From Fistulifera solaris (lineage: Eukaryota), in the NCBI GenBank assembly GCA_030295235.1, contig AP026135.1:434001-498000 (forward strand): a DNA stretch of 64,000 nt, given 5' to 3'. The notes under the pieces were generated by a model. That model saw only the letters and a program-made list of their open reading frames with translations, did not search any database and had not been told where the DNA came from. The translations under genes were made by a program, and so were the position numbers. Positions 13,594 through 26,519 of this stretch are shown here, one piece after another (within the stretch, counting starts at the first letter, position 1; each line of letters begins with the position of its first letter).

Positions 13594-14216
13594 ATGAAAG
13601 TATTCTTCGTTTTCGCTGCCTTATTGTGCCTCGCAACCAATGTTGTTTCAGCTGGCGAGTGCGAAGGTACGTTTCGTCGAGACGAGCGACGTTTGGCTGT
13701 TCCGACGAGCTGTAAAGTCATTCCTTGTCTTCTATCAAACACGTCTCACTTGATAAATCATCAAATTATTCATGTCTTCGTCCTATTTAGTCTGTGTGAA
13801 GGTCATGGACGAGGTTCGTGCATCAATGAGCAAGGAGGACAGTAAGAAAAAAGCCGGAAATTGAAGCGGCGATCGGAAAGTATTGCGCGAATAAAGGAAA
13901 CAAACTTTCTTCCCGAGAAAAGAAGATTTGCTACTATATTGATCCGATTAAACGTGACGTCGCTCAACCCTTCTCGCTGGGAATGCCTTCTCTCAAGGTA
14001 TGTGAACGAATCAACAAATCCAATCCGGAAATATGCAGCGTCAAACTCCCCGTAAAAACAGAAAATATGGAAAAGCAAGATATTTCAAAGCTCCGAGTGA
14101 AGCAGCTGAAACAAATTCTGGCTGACCGAGGTGTAGAGTGCGTCGGATGTGTCGAGAAGGAGGAATTTGTCAAACGTGTTCAGGAGACCGAGCATCTGGC
14201 CGAGGACGAATTTTAG
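13594..14216 (+). CDS. MANF: MANF/ARMET/CDNF-family ER protein
   Basis: Signal peptide, then ECE|VCVK across intron 13667-13790; saposin-like Cys pattern (KYC, KICYYI, KVC, EIC); SAP-like KLRVKQLKQIL...CVGCVEKEEFV; KDEL-like C-terminus EDEF. Confidence 0.88.
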
Positions 14217-14884
14217 CTTTTTCGAAAAGAGTCATAGCATTCACCTTAACCAGAGAAGGATTAATTCTGATTTTGCGTCGTTTCTTGATATTCCTGTGGG
14301 AGGATAGAGACTCTCGTGTGTGACTCGACTCATCACATGATGATTCACGGGCTTTTTTTTTAATACAATCATGTCGACAAAGTTCACATGCTGCCATTCC
14401 TAGAGTGAGCTCTTGATTGGATTTCTGCACAACAGCTTTTGCGCTGGAGTCTCTAGCATTCATCTCCTTTCGCAGCTAATCGTAAGAAGATTTTCATTCT
14501 CTGGTACAAGTACAAAAGTACAAAGTAATAACTTCGTTGTTTTAGTTCTCGGGGCATATCATCATCGTACCGGCAATACTCACCCATACTCAGTTTATCT
14601 GAACGGTATTCCGTGATTTTTGGGAAGAACGCACAAAAATGTCCGCCAAGAACAAAAACACTCTTGTGCCAATGTCGTTCTTTCTAAGTAACACGTTTCA
14701 ACATTAATGAAAACCACGTTTCAAGTCGCGAGCACCGAGCAACTCAATACTTTGTAAGACGCAACAAAAGTGAAAGAAAAACTTGCATGACAACAAGGAG
14801 TGGTATATTGTTATCCTCGGTTCGGTGTCAATGGGTCGTCATGAAAGATTTTACGTGTAAAATAATCCTGCAGAGAAATATACA

Positions 14885-17800
14885 ATGAGTAGTGGCTCCG
14901 TGGATCAGCCAAATGAATATTCTGATTCGAACGGATCCGGTGAATCCGGTCGCTATTCCGACGAGGGGAGCTATTTTTCAGAAGAAGGCAGCTACGATGA
15001 GGAAAACAGCAGGGATGATGGAGACTCTCATTCAAGGAGTTTCGAGTCGAACGATGATGATGGACACTCTTCACACGAAGGAGAATCAGGGAGTCATAGT
15101 TTAGACGAGCATAGTGATCACTCTTACGACGAAAACGAAGATGGCTCTTATGCCGACGAGGACGCTTCCTATTATTCGGATGAGCGTGATTCGCGAGAAT
15201 ATTCAGAGGAAGGAAGCCCTGGTTCGAAATCTTTGAATGATCGACACGACAATAGTCATCACTCACGTGGGGAAGATGAGGAAGCTTCAAATTATTCCGA
15301 CGAACATGGTGAAAATGAAGAGGGCTCATATTATTCTGACGAGCGTGGAGAAGACGAGGAAGGTTCATATTATTCCGACGAATATGGTGAAAATGAAGAG
15401 GGCTCATATTATTCTGACGAGCGTGGGGAAGACGAGGAAGGTTCATATTATTCCGACGAACATGGTGAAAATGAAGAGGGCTCATATTATTCTGACGAGC
15501 GTGGGGAAGAGGAAGAAGACGCTTCAAATTATTCCGGCGAGGGAAATTCGAATCCAGACGATGAAGAGAGTGATCCGTCGCAAAGTGTTGACGATAGAGG
15601 ATCGTATGATACCAACTCCCAGACCATGGATTCTAGTCGTCTTGATGAAGAAAATAATGATAATGATGGGAGCTCGAACCAAGATGACGAAGCATCTGAT
15701 TATTCTGATCGTTCATCATCCAGAAGCAACCATTCCAGAGACGACGACGGGTCATACTCAGAGGAAAGGGGGAGAAAAACGGTCGTGACGATTTTTACAG
15801 TCACGATTATGACGATTCTAGTAGAGTGGAAAGCTCGTATCATTCAGACGAACATGATGGAGGCGACCACGAGGATGAGGACTATTCTGATGAAAATGAT
15901 GATTTCGATCCTTCTGAAGACGCTTCTCACGTTTCTCAAGAAGAAGAGAACGACAACCAATTCTACTCAGAAAATGATAGCGATGGTACTTCCCAATCTG
16001 AAAGTAGCGGGTACGGCCAAGGAGTTGCATCACAGTTTATGCCCGGCGAAGATCCGCTGCGCTATTCTGTCCATTCTAGTGAAAATACTGATAATGTGGA
16101 CTCGTTCGCCGCCGATTCATCATTGTCTACGTCGAAATCTGGGGTTGGAATAAGCCGAAGTAATCGAACTCACTCGGAGGATAAGGCAAAAACCGACGGG
16201 GACAGAGAGTCTTTTTCACGACCGACGCGGCTGGAACAACAAATATTTTCGAATAAAAATGATGGACCGACAGACAACTATACTATTGCCAGCCAGAGTA
16301 CAAACAAAAGCGATAAACGTACATACCTAGCTGGAAGCTTACTTGGGGAAAGTAACGGACCAGTTACATTAATGACGATGCTGTCCTCTGGAAAAGGCAC
16401 AGAACTTCCCGAGGGCGAAAGATCAGTCGACTCGAAAATTAGCAATGCTTCGGCTTCAAGTCGAAGAAGTCGTATGCAGGGATTAGTCAAGAGTGCTGTT
16501 GAACGACCAACAGGGGCGGTTGGGTACACTCGAGACCAGATTAAGAAGCTAGTTGAGCTGCCTCGAAATACAATAGTTTCAGAAGACGAAGCGCACCGTA
16601 CTGATGAAAATCACCCAAAAAAGAACAGAAAGCGAAGTCGAATAAAAGTTAAAAGTGAAGCTCTTCTAGATTTTGCCTCGAAAGTCAATGAGGCAATGAT
16701 TGAACTTGATAAACACATTAAAGCCAAAAAGAGGAATACGGAGAATAAAGCTGAAGAAGCACAAAATTCCGAAGAGGACGAGGATGAAGATGGCGAGGCT
16801 CTATCTACTAAAAGTCTTACAAGGCTTTGAGAAAATTGTGGGGATCTTGCTACGGCTTTCAGACGAATATGAGCTGCTTTGTACATTCGCTAAGAGTTCT
16901 GATCGCGCTACCATCGATGGATTGAAAACGTTGTTGGGCTACACGAAGTTGCTTGACGATATTTTTGGTCAATTAGAGCAAATTTTATTACAAGGGTTAA
17001 AAACTGAAATGAGCGAAGAGATGGAGGATTTCTTGTACGGGGTCAACTTGACCGTGGAGCAAGTGGGAGACCTTTGCTATCGTGTTGCCGAGAAACTACA
17101 GTGGAATGCACGTGCGAACACTTCCTATCTTACCCTCTTGGAGCTTCTTGCTCGGGACACACTTGAAATTACCTGTATTTATGACGACGTGGATACTCCC
17201 CCATACACTATTACTCAAGAAATTCAGTCAGCGTGGGAAGCTACGGGACATGACGAAGAAGCGACCACTCTTCTCCATAGCCCAGACCTGACGACGTTTC
17301 GGCAGATCTGCTATGAGGTTTTACTAAGTTGCGACCAATGGTGCCCCGACACTGAAGCTCTAATGGATATTTGTGCAATAGAGGACGACGAAAACGACGA
17401 AACTCCGGCTCAACCGAATGATGATGAAATGGTGCCTCCCCCCGAAGCAGCATTGCAAGTTTTAGAAAAGATCAATGGAGAATTCCTCACAAGAATACCA
17501 ATCATGGCGAGCGTCTTACGACGGATTCTTCCTCCTGAGGTAGTGACTGATACGAGAATGAAAGATAGTTTTCCTAAAATACGGAACCCTGATGCCCCAG
17601 CTGGTCTCTCTCCATCGACTTTGGTCTCAGTGACCTCCATTCCCGAAGATCCGGACGATGAGGAGTCTTTAGGCGTTGCAGGTGTGGGCAAAACTACAAT
17701 TGCTGCCATGGTCGCGAACCATCCCGACGTGCGCCGCTTTTTTCATGATGGAATAGCCTGGGTCTACATCGGGCCAACTGAACTGAATTACACCCGCTAT

Positions 17801-20800
17801 GTTCAGTGTTTACAGGATTTAATCGGTCAACTGGAGGTAGAACCTGAGGAAGAGCCCCTGTTCCCTGAATTGCTTCACACACCCGGGGAATCAAAAGCAA
17901 AGAGAAGGAGACGCGAAGAGGGATTCATGGTCTTTGTAAAAGAGACTATGGTAGAGTTTCTGGAGCAAAGAAACGTTCTGATCATTCTTGATGATATTTG
18001 CTTTGACCCGGATTTAGATTGGTTCGATTTTACGCCACAAGTTCCGTCCGAGGAAGAGGAAGGATCATGCGTAACACTTGCAACAAGTCGGCGCCGCAAT
18101 TTACTTCCAGCTGCTGACACTGTTGAGGTAGAAATGTTAGAACACAACGAAGCAGTTAAGTTGCTTGTACGAGAATCAGGCGCCTTAATGAAGGTGATAA
18201 AACCAGAATCAGCTGAGATCAACTCCGTCGTAGTGGAATGCGCATACCATGCTCTAGCTGTCAAGTCACTGGGGCGATGGTTGAATTTAAAACATGCGCC
18301 GGGAGGAACGCCTATAAGCTCTGCTGAGGAAATTCAGCGTGATGTGGTCCAATGCATGCAAACGGTAACCCGTAGCTCTACTGAAGAGGATGCTGACATG
18401 ATGTTCGAAATTTTAGACATGAGTCTATCACCAGCAATTGACGGTCACCCAACAATCATCATCAAATTTTGTTTTGCCGCATTTGTTAAGGTGTTTTGCG
18501 ATCGAAGCTTTATATCAGACTTTGCATTAGCAGATTCTACTCCCATCGTCCCGTTATCCATTACCGAACAACTATTTGACGCTTTGATAGATTTGGAGGA
18601 AGAATACTTGAGAAACGAAGGAAGCCTCGCAAATACTGACAAGCGCGATGCAGCCGGACTCATACCCGAAGCCCTCTCGTCACTAGGAATCTTTAAGGTC
18701 ATTATCACTTTCGTAGAAGAGGGCGAGGAAGGAGAAGAACAAGAAGAGAAGTATTACCAGATCATGCACAAGATACAAGAAGAATACGGAGAATATTTGT
18801 ACGAAGAAGAAAAGGCTCTTTCGGACCTTGTCAAAGATGGCGAGCGTCGATGGAACAGAGCCTTCGCGGAGACATACTTGTCTAAGCCAATAGATTGGGA
18901 CACCGAAGCACCAGATGCGGGGCTTGATTACGCTCTCGAAACAATTCCTTCCCATATGTTCAGAGGTGGAATGCTCACCGAAGCTGCCCAGCTTCTCTGC
19001 AATTCAAAATTTGTACGTGGGAGACTTTTCGCGCTCGGTCGCGAGAACGGAACTAGACGCCAAATTAAAGATTGCGAGTCTTTGTTTGAGCTGATGGTAC
19101 AACAAAAAGGTTCAGGGAAGAATAAATTTGATCCAAAGGGAATGCTCAAAAAGCTTATTCAATACTTGGCGATTTGTTGTATATGGACGAGGACGATTTG
19201 ATTAAAGAAGAAGGGTCACCGGAAGCTGTTGAGGTTGGGCGGAGTCATTTCGACATTGGCTTTTCGTTGGCAGAGAAGAGGTGTTGGGAAGCTGCAGTAT
19301 CACACTGGGATAAGAGTCAAGAGCTTCTCGTGTCCGCCCTCGGATTAGTCGAACTTGTCGCTGCAGTTTTGTTCAATGTAGGCGTAGTGTACGCTGAAAT
19401 GAGTGAGTACGAGCAAGCACTAGGATCCTTAAAGCAGTGCTTGAAAATCAGAGGAGCTATTCATGGCGAAGAGCACATTTTGTATGCACAAACGATACAA
19501 AAGATTGGCGATGTGTTTCTAAGCATGAGCGATTATCACGAGGCCATGGAAAGTTATAACTGGGCGCTCGATGTGATGCACATCGAGCCTAGTCATTATC
19601 GCATAGACATTGGAGACATTCTTGAAAATATGGGCAAGATTCACTACAGTAAAGGAGAAATTGAAGAAGCCTTACAATGCTTTCAGGATGCTTTACGTTC
19701 GCAGCAAGTTGACCTGGGAGATGACCATCCAGAATTAGCAACCACTTTCCATCATATTGGAAACTGCCTCTCAGACCAGGGCAAAACAGATGAAGCGATC
19801 GCCCATTTTGAGGAAGCTATAAGGCTAAAAAGTTTAGATCCAGAGGGCGGAGGAGAGCGAGATGCTGAGATTCTTACCCTTGAAGGCATGCTCCACAACC
19901 TGCGCGGTCGGCAAGGTCATGGCCTTGAATGCTATGAAAAAGCACTTCATGTATTGGTCACAAAGGTTCCTCACCGGAAAGAGAAGGTAGCATCCCTTCT
20001 CCACCTTATCGGCTGTGTTTATCTAATGAGCGGAGAGCACAAGAAGGCAATGAAACTTTTCGAAGAAAGCCTTCATGCGCGTCGAAAAGTACTTGGTTTT
20101 GTTCATTTGGATGTCGCTAGTACTCTTTTCAACATGGCATTTTTGCATCAGTGCCGCAATCGGCTTGACAGGGCTCTTAAATGCCTTGAGGAAGCCCTAA
20201 AAATCCGTCAGCTCCGACTACCAGATAGTGAAAAGGTTGCAGTTACGCACGAGAAAATTGGAAGCTTGGCACGCTTGGTGGGAAAAAACCAAGAAAGCCG
20301 AAATTGCTTTTGGGGAGGCCTTACGGATTCGAAAGATTGTGCATGGGGAGAATCATGTACGTTTGCACGCACGTTTGCATTTCATTTGCGGATATGCACC
20401 TATACTCACGATTGTTTCATTTCATAGGAGGCTGTAGCTACAGTGTTGCAAGAGCTTGGCGACTTAATGGACGATTTGGGCGAGTACGATTCCGCAATGA
20501 AGAATTATGTTCAAGCTCTGGAAATCCGTGAAAGCCGCCTTGGACCCGACGATCTTGCAGTCGCAGAGACATATTACAGCATGGGTTACACTTTACAAAA
20601 GAATCAAGCATCTGACCGTGCTCTCCAATGTTTTGAAGAGTCTTTGAGCATTCGCAAGTTTCAGCTGGGGGATGATTCAAAGGAAGTGGGAGACACGCTT
20701 AACATGATGGGATATTTACAAGCCCAAAGAAGTGAACTAGACGATGCAATATCATTACTTTGGGAATCTCTTCGTATAAGAAAGCAACACGAAGATCACA

Positions 20801-21573
20801 TCAAGGTATCAGAGACACTCAAGAACATTGGCAATGTACACAGAGAGAAAGCAGAGTACGATTTAGCAGTCGAATGTTACGAAGAATGCCTTCGAATTCG
20901 ACGGGCTGAGCTGGGCGATAACCACGAGAAGCTGGCGGACGCCTTAATTGCAATGGGAAACGTTCAAAGTGATATGAACGCCACAAGCGATGCTATGGAA
21001 TCATACAAAGAAGGTACGTTGTGATAAATATTGCTGTTGGCGTTGCAAATGCTAACTAACTCTCTTGTCATTTTTAGCTTTGACCATTCGAATCCGGATC
21101 TTTGGCGAACAAGACGAAAGTGTGGCTGCCGTCTTGCAGTACATGGGTACCTTGGAATTTCGCGCAGCAGAGCTTGACCGCGCTTACCAGCTTTTGGACG
21201 AATTCATTCGCATTCGACAAGAGAACGGAACGGAACCCGACGGTGACTACGTAAACGTCCTTTTATGATCGGCAATATCCACAAGATGCAGGGCAACGAA
21301 GAAGAAGCTCAAAAGTGCTGGACCGAGGCGTACGGTGTCTTCCAAGAGTTGGGTTTGGCAGAAGGCAACCCTCAAATCGCGGAAGTAATGGGAACTTTAG
21401 TAAAAGAGGCCGGTAAGGGCAAGAAAAAGCGACGAACAAAGATGAAGTCTCATTCCTCTTCCAATACGGACGATGAATTGCAGAGCCAAAAGGCATCGGG
21501 TATGTTTGGTTTACTGGCAGGCAAAATCAAAGGTGGCGGAAGAAGAAACAAGGGTGGGCACCAACTATCCTAA
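14885..21573 (+). CDS. Large NLR-like STAND protein: acidic low-complexity N-terminus, NB-ARC-type NTPase, TPR array
   Basis: P-loop GVAGVGKTT (17672-17698), RRFFHDGIAWV, Walker B VLIILDD, LATSRR, MHK at 18764, then many TPR repeats. ORFs join across homopolymer frameshifts (~15770, ~16730, ~19150, ~20285, ~21262) and introns ~20358-20427 and ~21014-21078. Confidence 0.75.
15271..15535 (+). repeat. Coding tandem repeat, 39-bp unit (EGSYYSDE[R/H/Y]GE[D/N]E) with a 78-bp higher-order period, ~6.5 copies
   Basis: Near-identical repeats of gaagagggctcatattattctgacgagcgtgg alternating with gaggaaggttcatattattccgacgaa. Confidence 0.92.
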
Positions 21574-21676
21574 TAGCGGCAAAAATCCGACTAAAAGCAG
21601 AAAGTCACTGTACTGATGATAGAATATGCAATACCATTAGCTGACAACGTCTCTCTATAACGTTGTTTTTTGGACA

Positions 21677-23363
21677 CTAGACAAACCTACCACCTGAAGA
21701 GGAAAGTAGTCGAGCCCAAGCACCTTTTCTTGAACTCTGCTCCCACTCCATCCGACTAAAACTCCATTTTTCAAAAGATTTCTCAATACACAACTGCTTT
21801 GCCCCCAACCATGCGTCTATTGTCGCCGTCTCGGAAGTTTCAATCTCAATTTCGTGTTGACACCCCACCAGGCACCGCAGCTCTTGTTGGAGCCGTTCTT
21901 TCAAATTGCTCAATTGCGACAAACCACCGACCAACCGAATCGATCGATACAAGGCGGCTCGATACAGTATGGGGCAATCTTCAATCGACTGGTGAATCGT
22001 TTCGGGCAAGTTGGCCCACTCGACCGGCAGTCCCGCGTCGGACGGACGAAAAAGCGTTTCGGGAATCGCAAATCGTTCGACCGATAGGTTTAAAATTTGC
22101 TGCTGGGCCTCGGCTTCCCACCGTGTCCGTTCCTCTTCTTGGCGTTGTACGAGAAGCCGTGCTTTGATCTGTTCGAGCGATTCTTCTTCTTCTTCTTCTT
22201 CTTCTTCTTCTTCTTCTTCTTCTTCTTCTTCTTCTTCTTCTTCTTCTTCTTCTTCTTCTTCGTCGTCGTCGTCTGGTGAGTCGTTGACTTCCCCGAGATT
22301 CTCGTCAAAATCTTCATCTTCCTCCTCCACGTCTTGTTCGTTGAAATCATCATCGTCCTCACTATCGTCGTCATCATTATCGTCCTCTAGTACTTTCCCC
22401 ATGGCTTTCATGGCGGCTTCTCGACGCAAATACGGCGGCAATTGGACGCGTCCCCGAAAGGTCGTTTGATAATCCGGTAACACGAACTCGCGATCGTACG
22501 GACGTCTACCGGCCGGTAGTTTTGGGCTATCTTCATGTCTTGATCCCACTGCAACGACACAAAGGCGGTTTCTTCCAACACTTGTTGCAGTAAAAACTCT
22601 TGATCCATGAGATTCCATTGTCGATAACTCGCTTGATATTTCCATATCTGCTGCAAATGTCGACCACCCACCGCCATGCGACGAATGGACGATTCCTGGA
22701 TCAACTGGTGTTGAAAGGTCGGCACGACCGTCGTTTGACTCCATCCCAGATCGACGACACAACTGGTTTGATAGGTCGAATGCGGCTGTAGCGCAGCACA
22801 TAGCGGTGCTACGACGAATCCAACATGACCAAATTGAAAGTCGTCCATCCAAATGGTGGTTATTTGGTCCAAGAGGACGCGAGGACAAAAGGGTGGGACC
22901 GTGAGTAGAATAGCACAATGTTGTGGAGCAATCTTTGCTTCGAGATTCTTTTCCAACCCAATGCTTGGGCCGTCGCTCCAGGTATCACAACTTGCAAGAC
23001 ATCCAAGACTCTTTTCCAAACTTGGATTTGATTGCCTAAATTTACAATCAGAGAGCGTTCCGTCGATCGCGTCAGGTGCAACAAGTGCGTGGGATTTTGG
23101 ACGTCTGTCACCAGATCGCCGGCCAAAATGGTCCATTGTTGCGGCAATCGGGCCGTAATGTTCGGCATTCGACGGGGTTCTGTATCGGTCGTCCATCCGA
23201 ATTTGATCGAATCACCGCCATTGTCTAAAATTAAAATGCGAGTGGGTGCCGTTGTAGGAATAGTGCTTGTTGTGCTTGTTGTGGTTGTTGTCGGTGCTGT
23301 CTTGGTTTTTGCTGCCGTCGTTGCGCGCTTTCGCTTTTTCACAGGCGGTTCGGCTTGTACCAT
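21677..23363 (-). CDS. ARP6: Actin-related protein 6 (SWR1 complex)
   Basis: ILILDNGGDSIKFG, VVDLGWSQTTVVP, SYRQWNLMDQ, REFVLPDY, ERFAIPETLFRPSD, LVGGLSQLSNLKERL. Frameshifts near 22.95 kb and 22.51 kb. Confidence 0.85.
22181..22261 (-). repeat. (GAA)~27 microsatellite encoding poly-Glu in ARP6
   Basis: Perfect TTC run on the + strand, followed by a short GTC run (poly-Asp). Confidence 0.95.
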
Positions 23364-23820
23364 GGTAGGGGACGTGTGAAGGAGAACGAATGAATTATCG
23401 AATGTTTTGAAAGGCGAAGAAATGCAACAAAGGTATCTTGACCTTCGGTATTTTGTGTTTATGCGGATCATCGCGACGATTTTGGCGGGGGTGCCGTAGA
23501 AAGAACCGGTACGAGGTACGAGCATAAACAGTTTTCATGAAGAAGAGGCTCTGACACTTTACTACGGAGAACGGAGTACAAGTACTGGTACCGGTACATC
23601 ATTGATAGTTGTATGGTGCATGGTGCTACCCTTGTTCGTGACTGCAAGCAAAACAATCACGCTTGACGCCACTTTCCTTGTTTTTCCGTATTACCAGGTA
23701 CCGTACCGGAGTACTCCATATGAAACGGGTGTGACTTTGTAACGATTATTTTTTCTCCACACAGAATGACATTATTTATTTTTTCTTTCCTTCTATTTGT
23801 TCGTCTCTTTGTCGCCTCCC

Positions 23821-25098
23821 ATGAAAGGCTCATTCTTCGTTCTTTTCTTATTTGTTTCAAATGTCTTCTCACAAGAGTGTAACAATCTGCAACGCATGGA
23901 ATACAATGTCGGCGATGGACCCCAAGAAACGTTCGTGTACGTGGAAGCATGGGATCGCCAAAATGCTTCTTCCTTTTAGGACGTCATGTCAAATTCGTTA
24001 ATTTATTGACCGTTCCAGTCGAATTGTATTGGGAACAAGAGAAGAAAACGTCATTGGTCAAAGTGTTACGGCCCTTATCGACGGCCGGTATCACGGCCTT
24101 TGTCGATCACGTCTTTTCGTTTCGACTGCGCGAGGTGGTCTTGGAACGATTTCGTGTCCGAGCGGATGCCAGTAACGTCTTTTCAATTCCCCTCAAAGTT
24201 GTAGATCGCATGACTCATTATTATCAGTTGCCCGAGCGGAACACCACACAACAAGAAGAATCCTATCAATGGTTGACCAAAACACTCTTGTACAATGACT
24301 ATTATTACAATGCGACAGGACGATCGTTCTTGTCACGCTATGGAAGATTACCGCCCCGGCATTTTATGTGGCCAGCAGACTTCTTGGGACAAGAGCATGT
24401 GGTGCAAAATCTGACATTGACGGTCCTTTCCTGTGCTCCCCGCGTGTTCGAAATTCGCGACTTTTTGTCCTCGACCGAAGTAGAGCACCTGTGGCAATTC
24501 GCTCAACAAAAAAAACTCACGCAAAGTCAAATTGGAGACGAGAATACCGACGACTATGCTTCCAAAGGTACGCGTTCATCGTACAACAGTTGGATCGGAC
24601 GCCACGAGTCGGCCCTGGTGGAAACTATTTATCGTCGTGCGTACAATGTGTTGCAATTGCCGCACACCCCCGATGTCACGGAACCACTGCAAGTGGTACG
24701 CTACCGCTTCCGGGAAGCTTATAGAGTACACGCCGATTTCGGCTACCCCGATCCGTCCCATGCGGAACAACCGACCCGCTTTGCGACGCTCTTGTTGTAT
24801 TTGAATTCGGTAACAATGGGCGGCGAAACATCGTTTCCGCTAGGTTCCCATGGCGATTTGCGTGTGCGTCCGGAAGCGGGAAAGGCGGTGTTATTTTATT
24901 TGCAGGTAAGACTTTCTTGGACGTTGTTGGATTGTTTGTTTTTTTTCGACAAATGACTGAACCCTGTTTCGACAGACTCCCGATGGCAATATGGACGAAA
25001 AGTCCTTGCACGAAGCCTTGCCTGTCATCAAAGGGGAAAAGTGGCTCGCCAATTTGTGGTTTTGGGAACCCGTGAAAGATGTGGAGAGCTTGCAATAG
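23821..25098 (+). CDS. Secreted prolyl 4-hydroxylase alpha-like protein (paralog A) with N-terminal VHL-beta-like domain
   Basis: Signal peptide; LSCAPRVFEIRDFLS..EVEH, EPLQVVRY, HxD (VHAD), RFATLLLYLN, GGETSFP, SLHEALPVIKGEKWLANLW. Frameshift in T-run ~23975; intron 24906-24976. Confidence 0.85.
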
Positions 25099-25580
25099 AG
25101 AGATTGGTAACGAATAGGAACAATTGTACTGTGCACACTAATGCAATGCCACTTACAGTAAAGTGTTCCGTAGCGAAGACACACGACGGGTTACAGATTA
25201 GACCATACAAAGTACATACAAAAACGCCAAAGACACGTCCGTGGGTCGATCCGTGAAAGATCTGTGAGGTTGCGACCAACTTCTCCCACAAACAGAACTT
25301 CGAAGATCTGACGCGAAACGTCGTGGAATTCTCTCGCCTATATCTCTCATCGTGGCGTTAGTGTTGTTGTTTGGCTCGACCCGATCGAATCCGTTCTTGA
25401 CTGTTCTTGTCATTGAACGAGGGTTTTCATCTAATTGATTGGACTTTATACAATGTCAGAAGACAATGACAAGACTAACGATGCCTACGTTGAGTTGGAA
25501 CAGGAGGCAACGAAATTGACGTGCGATGTGTTGTGTTCCTTGATTGCTTCATCAGGCGGAGGTAATGGGAGAACGGTTCC

Positions 25581-26484
25581 ATGGACTCTTCCGATGCTTG
25601 TAAAACGACGAAGACATCGAAACGATCGTGTCCGAAGCAACTGCAGTTGCCTTTGTTTCTGAGCAGTAAGTCTTATTTGACAAAGAGTATCCCCAAGAAA
25701 AAGACACACACACTCATTCACTCTTCTTGCGCAGAAACCTATCATATGATTGATAAATGTGACCAGGATGTCGCCTGCTGGAGTGAAAGTGGGGATAATT
25801 TCGTGGTCAAAGACGTCGATAAGTTTTCCTGTGTAAGTCTGGAGGACGCATGACTTTGTTGTTGTTGGAGAGAAAAGAATCTAAGCTCACTTTGTCTTGA
25901 TGATTCAGACGGTTCTGCCTCTGTATTTTAAACACTCCAATTTTTCGAGTTTTGCTCGTCAACTCAATTTTTATGGCTTTCGAAAGCTCCGCTCTGAAGC
26001 CATTCTAACGTCGGAACTGGACCCACGAACAGCGGATTATATTCGTTTCTATCACGAACATTTTCAGAGAGGCAAACCTCAACTCCTTTCGAATATCAAA
26101 CGAGCCACCAAGGCCGAACAACACTCCAAAGATGACCTAGAATCATTAAAACAAGAAGTTTTCAATTTGCGAGAAGAGTTACAGGGCGTCAAATCGGAGT
26201 ACAATCGCAAGATTACCGAATTGTCGTATGAATGCAATCGGCGGATCTCTTCCATGAACGCCGAATACGACAAGCTCGCGCTCTTTGTACAGCAATCCCT
26301 CGGTGCCGTAGCATCGTCGCGGCAGCAGGTACCGGATTTACTACATTCGCTCAGTCATGCCGCCGCCTTGACTCTGCAAACACAGATTCCTCCCGGAGAG
26401 AAGAAAAGACCCGCTAGCCAACACCCATCGGATGTGTCCAACAAGAAACCGCCTACAGCTGATTCGGATCAAATGTATAATTAA
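25581..26484 (+). CDS. Heat shock transcription factor (HSF DNA-binding domain plus coiled coil)
   Basis: PLFLS|KTYHMID...WSESGDNFVVKD...|LPLYFKHSNFSSFARQLNFYGFRK...FYHEHFQRGKPQLL..IKR. Introns ~25666-25734 and ~25833-25908. Confidence 0.9.
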
Positions 26485-26519
26485 TAAAAGTGATATAAAC
26501 TTAGCTTACTCTATGTGGG

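Noticed and set aside
14811..15527. His-rich repetitive 238-aa ORF on the minus strand
   Set aside because: Antisense shadow of the acidic tandem repeat in the NLR-like gene.
15271..15535. Regularly spaced repeats suggesting a CRISPR array
   Set aside because: No unique spacers; the unit is an in-frame 39-bp coding repeat; eukaryotic context with no cas genes.
22011..22469. Poly-Ser, poly-Phe and poly-Lys ORFs
   Set aside because: Alternative-frame readings of the ARP6 GAA microsatellite.
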